Assembly (NCBI GenBank): GCA_021498095.1
Contig: JAIZWK010000001.1
Location: forward strand, 780,001 to 812,000
Origin: Candidatus Harpocratesius repetitus
Lineage (GTDB): Archaea > Asgardarchaeota > Lokiarchaeia > Sigyniarchaeales > Promethearchaeaceae
Direction of reading: 5' to 3'
DNA: 32,000 nucleotides
Position numbers and translations under genes: made by a program. The notes beneath the pieces were generated by a model. That model saw only the letters and a list, made by a program, of their open reading frames with translations, made no database searches and was not told where the DNA came from. Positions 9,537-18,809 of this stretch are shown here, one piece after another; the first letter of the stretch is position 1, and each line of letters opens with the position of its first letter.

Positions 9537-10759
9537 TCAATTTTGTGGGTGAGTTAAATCCCATGCAGCCGTAAAAAGATCCACCGCATTTAAGAGCTTG
9601 GTTTCACCAAAATGGTCCGGATCCGAAGATTCAGGTCCACTTGTGGTCAAAAGCCATTTAATTTGTTCTAAGGTCAATTCTGGAAAATATGCCCATAATA
9701 AAGCCGCGACAGCTGCTACTATCGGTGTAGCCGCAGATGTGTCTCCAAAGTCATGAGTATAACTTTTATCCGTAAAAGTGCTGTATTTGTCATTAGTATA
9801 CGTTGTGGTAAAAATATCTTTACCTGGGGCAAGCACGTCGATGGAATTTTTGCCGTAATTTGATGCATGATTGTCGTTGAAATACAATTGTTTATGATTG
9901 TAATCTACAGCCCCAACAGAAAGAACTCCATCAAGTTGTGATGGATAATGATTTCTTTCATCATCAATTTTATCTAAATCTTTGTTATCGTTACCTGCGG
10001 ATGCTATTAATAATAACTGTTTACACACACTTGTTTCATTTGTATCTAATATTGTATTTGTATCATCATCATCATAACCTCCAAATGACATAGAAATAAT
10101 ATTGCATCCATCATAAAATGCTTTTTCTACAGCTGAACTTGCATCATTGGGATCATAATTAAAATTATCATTAATTTTTGCAATTTTATAGTTTATTACT
10201 TGTACTACATTGCATAAACCGGCAATGCCTGCAATTCCTTTACTGTTATGATGTTCAGCAGCAACAATCCCTAAGCACCATGTTCCGTGGTAGAAATCTT
10301 CCTCTTCTGGTATAGTTGCCTGATCACAAATGGCATTTTCATGATTAGCATTTTTTTATCAATGTTATCCCCTCAATCTTCGTGATTTCTGTCGTATCCG
10401 CAGTCGATTATCCCTATTTTTATTTTAGGGACAGTATTATGCATAAATTTAGCGTATATTATATCCCAAACGGCGTAAATATTTAGATCTTTTAAGTAGT
10501 TTTCTTGATAAGATAAATATGGATCTTTATCTTCACCCGTTTCATAATCCTCAAGATACTTATTTTCATTCGGATTTGTTCTAAAAATATATTTTTCAAA
10601 ATAATCACTCAATCCATCGAGATCGGAATCAATTTGAGCAGAAAATACCCCCCAAACGTGGTAACCGAGTGCATTAGAAAAACCAAATGTAGGCAATATG
10701 AGAATTACCCCGAACAATACTATTATTGATAGTTTATTCTTTCTTTTCACATTCATCAC
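9537..10759 (-). pseudogene. Secreted S8 subtilisin-like protease, disrupted
   Basis: Signal peptide, DSDLDGLSD Ca-binding-like loop, Asp (IGIIDCG), His (YHGTWCLGIVAA, in the unannotated frame at about 10260-10295), oxyanion ASAGN, Ser (DTSAATP). TGA at 10373-10375 plus a frameshift in an A7 run near 10351-10357. Confidence 0.85.
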
Positions 10760-10929
10760 CTTTTAGTGGCTCAAATGACATTTTGTCATTTATACAAAAA
10801 GAAGTTAGTATTCGTACTTTTTGAATATTATGACTTTTGAAATTTACTAAAACATACACGATGTATTAATCTTTTTTCTTTTAATTCACTTTTATCTACT
10901 AATTGTTTTGTTTATTCTTTCTCCACTTT

Positions 10930-11062
10930 CAGACAATAAACCATATTTATAAAGAGTATCGGTGGTATGAACGCATTCCAAGAATTTCAATTAATTCAAA
11001 CCTTGACGAAACACGGTTACTTTTTTTCAAAAGGCAATATGTTTCCGTAAATTAAACCTTAT
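10930..11062 (-). pseudogene. Degenerate C-terminal fragment of the ISH3-like transposase
   Basis: Translates LKKSNRVSSRFELIEILGMRSYHRYSL vs LIKRNDPTAADLELNEILGMCPNHRYPL at about 13190-13275; shared gaaattcttggaatg. Confidence 0.6.
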
Positions 11063-11066
11063 ACCA

Positions 11067-11671
11067 GGGTTTTTTCGACAAATCCATTTGAAAAATTATA
11101 ATAAATTGATTTTACAATCGCCAATTATAAATTCGGCGCATTGAATGTCTGCTTTGATTAGTTATCACTCATAATCTAATGAACATGAGTTGATCATTAT
11201 TATTTCGCTCTTAATTGTGTTCTTGATGGGTAATAAGCCGATTTTCCCTATTGCATGTTGTCCATCTCCAATTAAATTTCTTCTTTTTTTTACAATGCCA
11301 TGTATTCCTCCATTTTTGCCCCGTATATGATATACAAAGAACCATTCGATGGTTCCAAGCATTATAATTGTATTTGCAATCTTTTTCTCCGCCTATTTTC
11401 TTGATATTCAGCTCTCACGTCGTATTTTTGTAATTTTTTTTCTTTGCAGCAATCAACAGAGATAACGGTCAAATCTTGAATTTTTTCGATGCAAAGTATC
11501 TCATTTATTGATTTTTCAAAGAATTCTAAATTTGATATAACAATATGATGTCGCTGAATTAAGAGAAAGGATGAACAAAATAACGAATTAGAATTCATTT
11601 AACTCCTATATCATATAATTAAGCCTTTAAATCTCCTTCTAAATTTTGAATGGATTTGTCGAAGAAACCCC
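11067..11671 (-). mobile_element. About 600-bp element with imperfect ~30-bp terminal inverted repeats; decayed transposase fragments, possibly ISAzo13-like
   Basis: Perfect 15-bp inverted core ttcgacaaatccatt (11074-11088) / aatggatttgtcgaa (11649-11663). Internal fragment TVISVDCCKEKK resembles ISAzo13 PVISVDTKKKE. No target-site duplication seen. Confidence 0.4.
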
Positions 11672-11993
11672 ACTTAACCATATTCAGATATTAACTATCA
11701 ACAAAGGCTATATTGGTGAAATATATCGCTCATTCATATAAAAGATCAGAAAGTAAATAAAAGAGATATTATTTTGTTTGATAATAAATGAAGATTTATC
11801 AACTTAATATTGATAATATCATTAAAAATGTAATTGGTTTTTTGTAGTTTTTATGGTCTTGAAATTTTCATAAAATCCTAATTTTATTTCAAATTCGTTA
11901 GAATTTTTCAAATTTTACTTCATTGCAGGAATACATTACAATTTTGAGAGATAAAGGGAATAATTTAAAAGCTAAGCTTTCTTACCCGTAAAT

Positions 11994-13295
11994 ATGTCGA
12001 CAAATCTTCAGGAAAATCCATCGGTCGGCGCCGATATCGGACAAATTACTCCCAATCAGATTAATCCGCAGTTACTTTTAGATATTGCAGAGGTCATAGA
12101 TCATGTGATTTCCCAAAAATGCCTTCAAAACGAAATGGTTTTTCATACACGATCTTCGTTCTGTTTGTATGTTGTATGCAAGTTTTAAGACTTTCGCCCC
12201 GACATAGATCAGAAGTTATTCAAAAAAAGTGTTCTCGCGCTCAAATTTCATTTCAATCCTACTTAGTTACCAAATTTTCAAATGATAAACAACGGAGATT
12301 CTTCCCTGATCAACCTGCTTTTTCTCGATGTCTTCAAACTTTGTCTAAGTTAGATTTAGTTGAAGAATCTTGGAATTCTGTACTTTTAGCACATTAATTA
12401 ATTCTCAAATCTCTAAAAATTGTAGGTTCAGATCTAAAGTTAATAGCAGATTATACTGATATGCCGTGCAAGAAAAATAAAGACGATCCATATTGTTTCG
12501 GGAAAAAAGAAGGCAAAACAGTTCATCGAACGATTAGTTTTTCCGTTATTTAGGTGATTTTCATCAAATGATTGACAATTTCAAGATTAAAAAGCGTCAA
12601 GATAAACTTCCTTTGTTTCAAAAAATCCATTAAATTCTAGTTTCTAACGGCTTTTCTATAAAATATGCCATGCTTGATAGAGGTTTTTATCGTAAACGAA
12701 TACTAAAGTTCTTTCTGCAGAAGCACATAACCGTGATTATGCCTGGAAGAAAATGTGCACAGACAAAACAAAAAATCATGAACTACTTAAATGGAGTAGG
12801 TAAAAGATACTGCAAAAGTATGATTAAGGGCAAATACGTAAAAAAGAAAGGATTTTCACCTATAAAATTCGATCTTCTGCTTTTTGCTAAACGCAGATTT
12901 AATTTAAAAGAAATCATTCAAGATTTTAATCAAAAAAGATCAGTGAACAAGTCGCCAGCAGCCGTATTTTTCCCCTAATTGTTATGCTCTGCTCAAAATC
13001 AAGCATAAAAACCTTACACGGCAACGAGAATTATATCCGAGATCTTTAACGCCAAATTTGGTTAATAGAAATTGCATTTCGTGAAATAAATCGGTTAGGA
13101 ATTGCATAAAAGGTACAAGATCGCAATAGCCGGCTGAATATTATGGGAGTTCGGTGCTTTTTGTGCAATATATGGCAGACACAACGATTTCTGATAAAAA
13201 GAAACGATCCTACCGCAGCAGACTTAGAATTGAATGAAATTCTTGGAATGTGCCCAAATCATCGGTATCCACTATATTTATCATCCATGAGATGA
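11994..13295 (+). pseudogene. ISH3-like (IS4 superfamily) DDE transposase pseudogene
   Basis: LIADYTD, AMLDRGFY and IEIAFREIN catalytic motifs spread over several frames with stops and frameshifts; terminal inverted repeats not identified. Confidence 0.85.
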
Positions 13296-13425
13296 AAAGA
13301 ACAATATATTCATAGATTAACGAATGGATTAATCTTAAATAGATGAAAAAGGATCAATTATATAGTGAATGTTGTTTATTAAAAAATATTTATCAAACAA
13401 CCTTTGAATCGAAGGAAATTTATAA

Positions 13426-15342
13426 ATGTATTTTAAAAACATAAACTCTCTTGAGATATTGAGGGAAAAAATTAGCGAATATTTAGAAAAAGTTGGCAAT
13501 ATTATCGTTGAGCTTGATTCTAACGGAAAAATTCAATTAATAAATAAATATGGTTTAGATCTTTTAGGAGTTTCTAGTGATGAAATAATTGGAAAATCAT
13601 GGTTTGAAAATTTTATACCAGAAGAGGAAAGGAAATCAATAAGTAAAGTTTTTAGCATGCTAATGAACGGAGACATCGAGAATGTAGAGTTCTATTCTAA
13701 TATTATAATTACAAAAAGAAAAGAAAAACGCATGATAAAATGGTATAATACCTTATTAATTGATGATAATGGAAAAAATGTCGGAGTTTTGAGTTCTGGA
13801 ACAGATGTCACAGAACTAAGCAAAGCTCAAGAAAATCTGGAAAAAAATCGAGAAATGTTGCGAATAACTCTCAATTATTCTCCATTAGCTATTATTTCGA
13901 GTGATCTTAACGACGTTATTACAAATTGTAATGAGGCTACAGTAAAATTATTTCATGCTCAATCAGAACAAGAATTAATTGGTAAAAATTACATATCCCT
14001 TTTTGAAGAAAATGATCATAAAAAAATTGCTCTGAATTTAAAAAAAATTCGAGATGTGGGCAAAAGGAAATGCTTGCGGTATAATTTTAAACGTTTAGAT
14101 GGTTCTACTTTTCCTGGAGAACTTTCTGTAAGTTTAATTTATGATTCACAAAAAAAACCGTTTGGAATTGTTTCAATCATTCAAAATATTTCCCGAAGAA
14201 TAATAAGTGAAGAGACGCAGATAAAAAACCAAAAATACCAAGCACTTTCTTTAATGGCTGGCGGAATTGCCCATGATTTAAACAACGCACTAATGATTAT
14301 TCAAGGAAATTTGGATCTAATTAAATTGAATGTTAAATCCGAAGAAATCAAAGAAATGATTCTTGATATGGAAAATAGCATTGAAAATGTTAAGCAAAGC
14401 GTTAATTTTCTAATGTTTTATGGAAAACCTACTATAAAAAAAAGGCGAAATTGCAATATTAACAAGATAATTCAATCGTCAGTTAAATTTGTATCTCATG
14501 GATCCTCAAATGTTTTTATAATAGACACTGCAGAATTCCCTCTCAAAGTAGAATGTAATAGAAGCCAAATTTCACAAGTAATTACGAATATTTTGATCAA
14601 TGCAGATCAATCAATGCCCAATGGAGGAGAAATTAGGGTTAAATCATGTCTTATAAAAGCAACTGAAATTAAGGAGAAATATCCACAAGTTGTGAATAAA
14701 AGTCGGGATTATGTAGTAATTTCAGTGAAAGATCAAGGTGAAGGCATAGATCCCAAAATTGCACCTTTTATCTTTGACCCATATTATACTACAAAAGAAA
14801 CAGGTCATGGAATCGGTTTAGCTACTTCTCTTGCGATAATTAAAAATCACAAAGGATATATGTTTTTTGAAAGTAAGAAAGGTATTGGAACCACTTTTTA
14901 TATTTTTTTACCTCTTTCTTCTAAAAGTAGAGAAATTCATAAGCAGAATAGCAACCTTCAAAAAGGGAGCAGAGATTTTTCTAACAAGCGAATTTTGATT
15001 ATGGATGATGATGTTTTTGTTCAAAAAATAATTACAAAAATGATGAAACATCTTAAAATTACTGCAAATATTGTTCCAAACGATAAAGTATGCATAGAAG
15101 AATTTAAAGCAGCGCATCTAAAGAAAAATTACTATGATTTAGTAATACTGGATAATGTCATAATCGGTGGTAAATCTGGAAAAGAGGTAGTTAAAGAATT
15201 AAAAAAGATTGATCCTAAAGTTAAAGTGGTATTATCCAGCGGAACTTTCTTTCAAAATTTAGCTGATTTAGGATTTATCGATCAAATTCAAAAACCTTAT
15301 GTATTGGAGCAAATTGAAGAGATTTTGAAGAAATACTTGTAA
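13426..15342 (+). CDS. Hybrid sensor histidine kinase (2x PAS, HisKA, HATPase, receiver)
   Basis: PAS motifs, H-box AGGIAHDLNN, N-box NILINA, DQGEGI, GHGIGL, GTTF; receiver ILIMDDD…LVILDN…K. Confidence 0.95.
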   Translation: MYFKNINSLEILREKISEYLEKVGNIIVELDSNGKIQLINKYGLDLLGVSSDEIIGKSWFENFIPEEERKSISKVFSMLMNGDIENVEFYSNIIITKRKEKRMIKWYNTLLIDDNGKNVGVLSSGTDVTELSKAQENLEKNREMLRITLNYSPLAIISSDLNDVITNCNEATVKLFHAQSEQELIGKNYISLFEENDHKKIALNLKKIRDVGKRKCLRYNFKRLDGSTFPGELSVSLIYDSQKKPFGIVSIIQNISRRIISEETQIKNQKYQALSLMAGGIAHDLNNALMIIQGNLDLIKLNVKSEEIKEMILDMENSIENVKQSVNFLMFYGKPTIKKRRNCNINKIIQSSVKFVSHGSSNVFIIDTAEFPLKVECNRSQISQVITNILINADQSMPNGGEIRVKSCLIKATEIKEKYPQVVNKSRDYVVISVKDQGEGIDPKIAPFIFDPYYTTKETGHGIGLATSLAIIKNHKGYMFFESKKGIGTTFYIFLPLSSKSREIHKQNSNLQKGSRDFSNKRILIMDDDVFVQKIITKMMKHLKITANIVPNDKVCIEEFKAAHLKKNYYDLVILDNVIIGGKSGKEVVKELKKIDPKVKVVLSSGTFFQNLADLGFIDQIQKPYVLEQIEEILKKYL

Positions 15343-15398
15343 TGTCTTTACACGGACAAACAGGTAAAAAATAGGAAGAAAAAAACAAAAACTCATAA

Positions 15399-15689
15399 CG
15401 CTATTTCACTCAAGCCAATCATACTCCGATTCTCATCCAGCTCAACAAACGAGATTTGTCCGACGCAATAGGATTATCGGATTTTCAACGTAATCCATCG
15501 GTTGTGTTGGATGAAAAATGATTTACGAACGGATTTACAGATGAAAACCGACTTCGGCTCGTAAAATGCGCAAATCACACTACTATGAGTTATTTGCAAG
15601 CAAATCTTGAACACAGCGAACCAGTAATCATAGAAATTATTCTTCGAAATAAAAAATCTTTACTCAATTCAAAATTTTCATTAATATAG
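15399..15689 (+). pseudogene. Decayed chimeric fragment: MglA/Arf-like GTPase piece joined to a paralogue of the 4372-5469 C-terminal module
   Basis: Single frame RYFTQANHTPILIQLNKRDLSDAIGLSDFQ-RNPSVVLDEK*FTNGFTDENR…ILRNKKSLLNSKFSLI*; CGA>TGA at 15519-15521; no start codon. Confidence 0.75.
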
Positions 15690-15786
15690 GAGAATTCATT
15701 TTTTTTATATTTTTTCAACGAAATTTGCGTGAATGCCAAATCCGCATAAAATCCAAGCGCTGGAGCAAAAACGGTTAAGGAAATAG

Positions 15787-15949
15787 TGCAGGAGAAGGGA
15801 TTTGAACCCCTGTATGCCTTTGCAACGGGATATCTCTTAGTGGTTCCGATTTCAAAGCGAGTTCGTAAACCAGAGCCATGATCTTGAGTCCCGCACCGTT
15901 AGTCTATCGCAATTTCTCATTGCTAATTGACCAGCTTGGTTACTCCTGC
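15787..15949 (-). tRNA. trnL: tRNA-Leu(CAA) with two introns: 28 nt at 21/22 (15899-15926) and 51 nt at canonical 37/38 (15832-15882)
   Basis: Spliced product GCAGGAGTAACCAAGCTGGTCAA|CGGTGCGGGACTCAAG|ATCCCGTTGCAAAGGCATACAGGGGTTCAAATCCCTTCTCCTGCA (84 nt); anticodon 15884-15886. BHB GGTC/GACT for intron 1; relaxed BHB (3 of 4 pairs) for intron 2. Confidence 0.92.
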
Positions 15950-16072
15950 ATAAGATTAAAAAAGCTTTTGACACATATGAACGGTTCAATCGCGTGAGAG
16001 CGAGGTGAAAGTGCTCAAATGTGAGTTGAAAAATGGGCGAGCCCATAAAAAATTTATGGCACTAAAATAAGG

Positions 16073-16189
16073 TCATGAAAAAGCTGGGATACTGATAAGT
16101 GTCAATATGGTTAAGATCGCTAAAATTGCAATTATACCCATGATAATCAAAAATCTGGTCCGCTTACTGCCTTGCAGAGAGACAATCAT
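16073..16189 (-). CDS. Possible 38-aa single-TM peptide (MIVSLQGSKRTRFLIIMGIIAILAILTILTLISIPAFS)
   Basis: Short ORF with a basic patch followed by a hydrophobic stretch; may be a pseudogene remnant. Confidence 0.25.
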   Translation of the reverse strand: MIVSLQGSKRTRFLIIMGIIAILAILTILTLISIPAFS

Positions 16190-16227
16190 TATTTTAAAAT
16201 TTGGTTTTTGGGGTCACGGTGTTTGCA

Positions 16228-16851
16228 TTAAATAAATTGAAATCCATACACAAACATTGAAATAGATGGAGTGCTAAAGTAGGAAGTCAAAGCCCCAATC
16301 GCTGTATACTTTTGATTCATGAACAATGGTAAAGGCTTCAATTGTACTCATTCCCATTTTTATTTTGGGATATCTCGCTTGTAATTTCGCAATTTCGCGT
16401 GTCCAGATTCCGTGTAAGTGATAGAATAATCCATAACTGCTGGGCAGTTGATAAGTGACAATTTCAGCTTTGCAAATGCAATCAGCCCGCTAAGCGACAT
16501 TTCTGCAAATATGGCGAGAATTTGAATCAATAGCGAGCTGTTTGCGATACTATCAAACCAAGCCATCTGTGGGCTATATTGTGAAACGAATACGGTTCGA
16601 TAGGCGCCCACGATGGTGAAAATGCTACCCATAAGGTGCATCCATCTTCGATAGGTTAAATCCGAATTGATAGAGGGTGTGGATGTGGTGGATGTGGTGG
16701 ATGTGGTGGAAGTGATGGAAGTGATGGAAGTGGTAGAGTTTCTACTCAAATTTCTCTTTAAGATCACCGCATTCACTATTAAGTTAGCAATATTAATGGC
16801 AACCATTACCGACCACTACGGCCATGCCCAAGCAGTGTTCCAATCGCTCAT
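16228..16851 (-). pseudogene. Multi-pass membrane protein of unknown function, disrupted
   Basis: ATG overlaps the pyrH stop (ATGA); TAG at codon 12 (probably TGG>TAG); frameshift near 16430. Segments GSIFTIVGAYRTVF…FDS…LAIFAE and LTSYFS resemble a remembered uncharacterised bacterial membrane family. Confidence 0.55.
16679..16737. repeat. 9-bp tandem repeat (GTGGATGTG-like, about 6.5 copies) encoding a Thr/Ser linker
   Basis: gtggatgtg x3, gtggaagtg, atggaagtg x2, gtaga; encodes TSITSITSTTSTTSTTST on the minus strand. Confidence 0.85.
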
Positions 16852-17573
16852 TTTTTCTTCATATCCTTTACGACGGCCGTTCCAAATGATGCTTCGAAAT
16901 TCGCTTGAACCAGCAATGTTCGGAGTGCGTTGGGATCATTTCCATTGATCAACCGGACTCTAAAACCGCTCCGTTTCAAAATTTGTAAGGAAACGGCGTC
17001 GAATATCCGATATTCGCCTGCAGCAGCTTGAGTTTTGCCTCCTGTGCCGTATATCACCTGTTCTAATTCAGATATTGAAAGAGAATCGAATTTAATTGCA
17101 TCTGGATGCTTGTTTGGGTCTTTATTATAGATTCCATCCACATCAGTGAGGATAATTACATCAGTGGCATCTAGAATTTCTGCAATTTGGAATGTGACTG
17201 ATGTCGTGCTCTGCCCAGGTATGAAACCTCCTGAAACAAGAATTCGCTGAGACAAAGCCGCTTGAGAAATATCATTGGGGGAAGTTATGACTGTAGGATA
17301 GGCGTGTGGTCCGAGAGCGGTAATTAAGAGTAAAGCATTAAGTCGGGAAGCTTGAATACCGAAAGTGTCACAAAGCGATTCATTTGCATTAAGTTTGCGG
17401 GCTGCTTGGATATATTTTCTGGCGATTTTACCTCCTCCGATTATGATGGCTGCAATATTTTTTGCTTCTTGTAGTATTTCAACAATTTTGGTTAATTTGG
17501 TTAATTGGAGGGAGAGAGAGGAATCAAAAAGAAGAGAACCTCCCATTTTTAGGACAATTTTCCGTTTGGTCAT
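16848..17573 (-). CDS. pyrH: Uridylate kinase (archaeal type)
   Basis: KMGGSL, IGGGKIAR.Y, GG..PGQSTT.V, TDVDGIYNKDP. Confidence 0.95.
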   Translation of the reverse strand: MTKRKIVLKMGGSLLFDSSLSLQLTKLTKIVEILQEAKNIAAIIIGGGKIARKYIQAARKLNANESLCDTFGIQASRLNALLLITALGPHAYPTVITSPNDISQAALSQRILVSGGFIPGQSTTSVTFQIAEILDATDVIILTDVDGIYNKDPNKHPDAIKFDSLSISELEQVIYGTGGKTQAAAGEYRIFDAVSLQILKRSGFRVRLINGNDPNALRTLLVQANFEASFGTAVVKDMKKK

Positions 17574-17640
17574 GAAGTGTCACGAATTATAGAGAGGAAT
17601 TCAGTAAAATTCTTTTTGGATTTCGAATAAAAATTAGATA

Positions 17641-18723
17641 ATGGTGGATGAAACACAAGCTGGATCCCTCCCCCACCAAGTTAAAATTCAAGTACCCCAT
17701 CGCATATCTGGATTTTTCCAAATGCAAGATCCCGATAAGTCACATGAAATTACTTCTCCTTTAGATATTGGTTCACGTGGTGGAGGTCCAGCCTTGACGG
17801 CTTATGGTACAACATTAATTATAAACGATAGAAAATATCAAGACCAAGAAAATCCACATACCGATTACTCCGCCAAAAGACCTAATATTTCTGTGAAAGA
17901 TGTTCCTTATGCTAGATTACCTCCAGAATCCTCGAATTCACAGAGAGAAAATTTGCAGTATCGTATTATTATTAATCAACAAGATTGTACATATAATGCA
18001 AGTACTTCCATCACAGTATTAGAGCTAATGCAGTCTTTCCTTCCACCAAATTCACGGATTTCAATTATTCATAATTTTGATCTACCTTTAGGTGCTGGAT
18101 ATGGCTCTAGTGGAGCAGGGGCTTTGGGAATTGCTTTGGGGTTGAATGAATTATTCCAACTAGGTTTAACTCCATTAGAAGCGGCGCAGTATGCTCATAT
18201 TGCCGAGGTTCAGAATCATACCGGCTTAGGAACCGTAGCAGGACAATTCACTGGGGGTCTAGCTTTAGTTTTAGAACCTGGTTATCCATTCCGGATGCAC
18301 GAAATTGAAGTTCCTGAAAATATATCTATCGGCTTGGCTAGTTGGGGAGCTATTTCGACTAAACATATTCTCACTGATCCAGAATATAAACACTTAATTT
18401 TTGAAAAAGGCCAGCAGGCAATGACACAGATGCAGAAGGAATGGAGTCTGGAAAATTACATGAAAGTATGTCAAGATTTCGTAATAAACACTCATTTACT
18501 GGAAAAACTTCATTTATCTGAAATTGCGAAGGTAATTGAAGAACTTAATCAAGTAACTCAGTTGGGTGCTAGTTTGAATCAATTGGGGAAATCTGTATTT
18601 TGTTTCTGTACAAAAGATGAGCGTGAAATAGTGACATCTATTATGGAGAAATATCGGCCGTCATTCGGACCGAAATTCGTTCAAGTCGCTAAAGAAGGAT
18701 ATAATTTAATAATTAATAATTGA
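17641..18723 (+). CDS. pok: Pantoate kinase (GHMP family)
   Basis: PHRISGFF, GSRGGG, LPLGAGYGSSGAGAL, AHIAEV…TGLGTV; pps nearby; contains an insertion of about 40 aa. Confidence 0.9.
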   Translation: MVDETQAGSLPHQVKIQVPHRISGFFQMQDPDKSHEITSPLDIGSRGGGPALTAYGTTLIINDRKYQDQENPHTDYSAKRPNISVKDVPYARLPPESSNSQRENLQYRIIINQQDCTYNASTSITVLELMQSFLPPNSRISIIHNFDLPLGAGYGSSGAGALGIALGLNELFQLGLTPLEAAQYAHIAEVQNHTGLGTVAGQFTGGLALVLEPGYPFRMHEIEVPENISIGLASWGAISTKHILTDPEYKHLIFEKGQQAMTQMQKEWSLENYMKVCQDFVINTHLLEKLHLSEIAKVIEELNQVTQLGASLNQLGKSVFCFCTKDEREIVTSIMEKYRPSFGPKFVQVAKEGYNLIINN

Positions 18724-18727
18724 GTAA

Positions 18728-18809
18728 AAAAGGAAAGGCTATACCTTAGTAACGCTACAATACCCTCTTTTTAAAAGGAAAGTTTATACCTTAGTAACGC
18801 TGCAATACC
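18728..18809 (-). repeat. 37-bp direct repeat (45-bp period) duplicating the aRF1 C-terminal codons
   Basis: aaaaggaaaggctataccttagtaacgctacaatacc (18728-18764) vs aaaaggaaagtttataccttagtaacgctgcaatacc (18773-18809), 3 mismatches. Confidence 0.9.

Noticed and set aside
11924-11930. att duplicate of the tRNA-Leu(CAA) 3' end (tgcagga)
   Set aside because: Only 7 bp match, as expected by chance.
15832-15882. Nested intron inside the 51-nt introns (also tested 5647-5697)
   Set aside because: No register tried by hand gave a second valid bulge-helix-bulge.
15852-16046. 64-aa ORF on the minus strand
   Set aside because: Overlaps the tRNA-Leu(CAA) gene and its promoter region; no coding signature.
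9537-16851. Sec/Pyl recoding or an alternative genetic code explaining in-frame TGA/TAG codons
   Set aside because: The stops are of all three types, co-occur with frameshifts, and sit at non-catalytic positions; core genes use standard stops.
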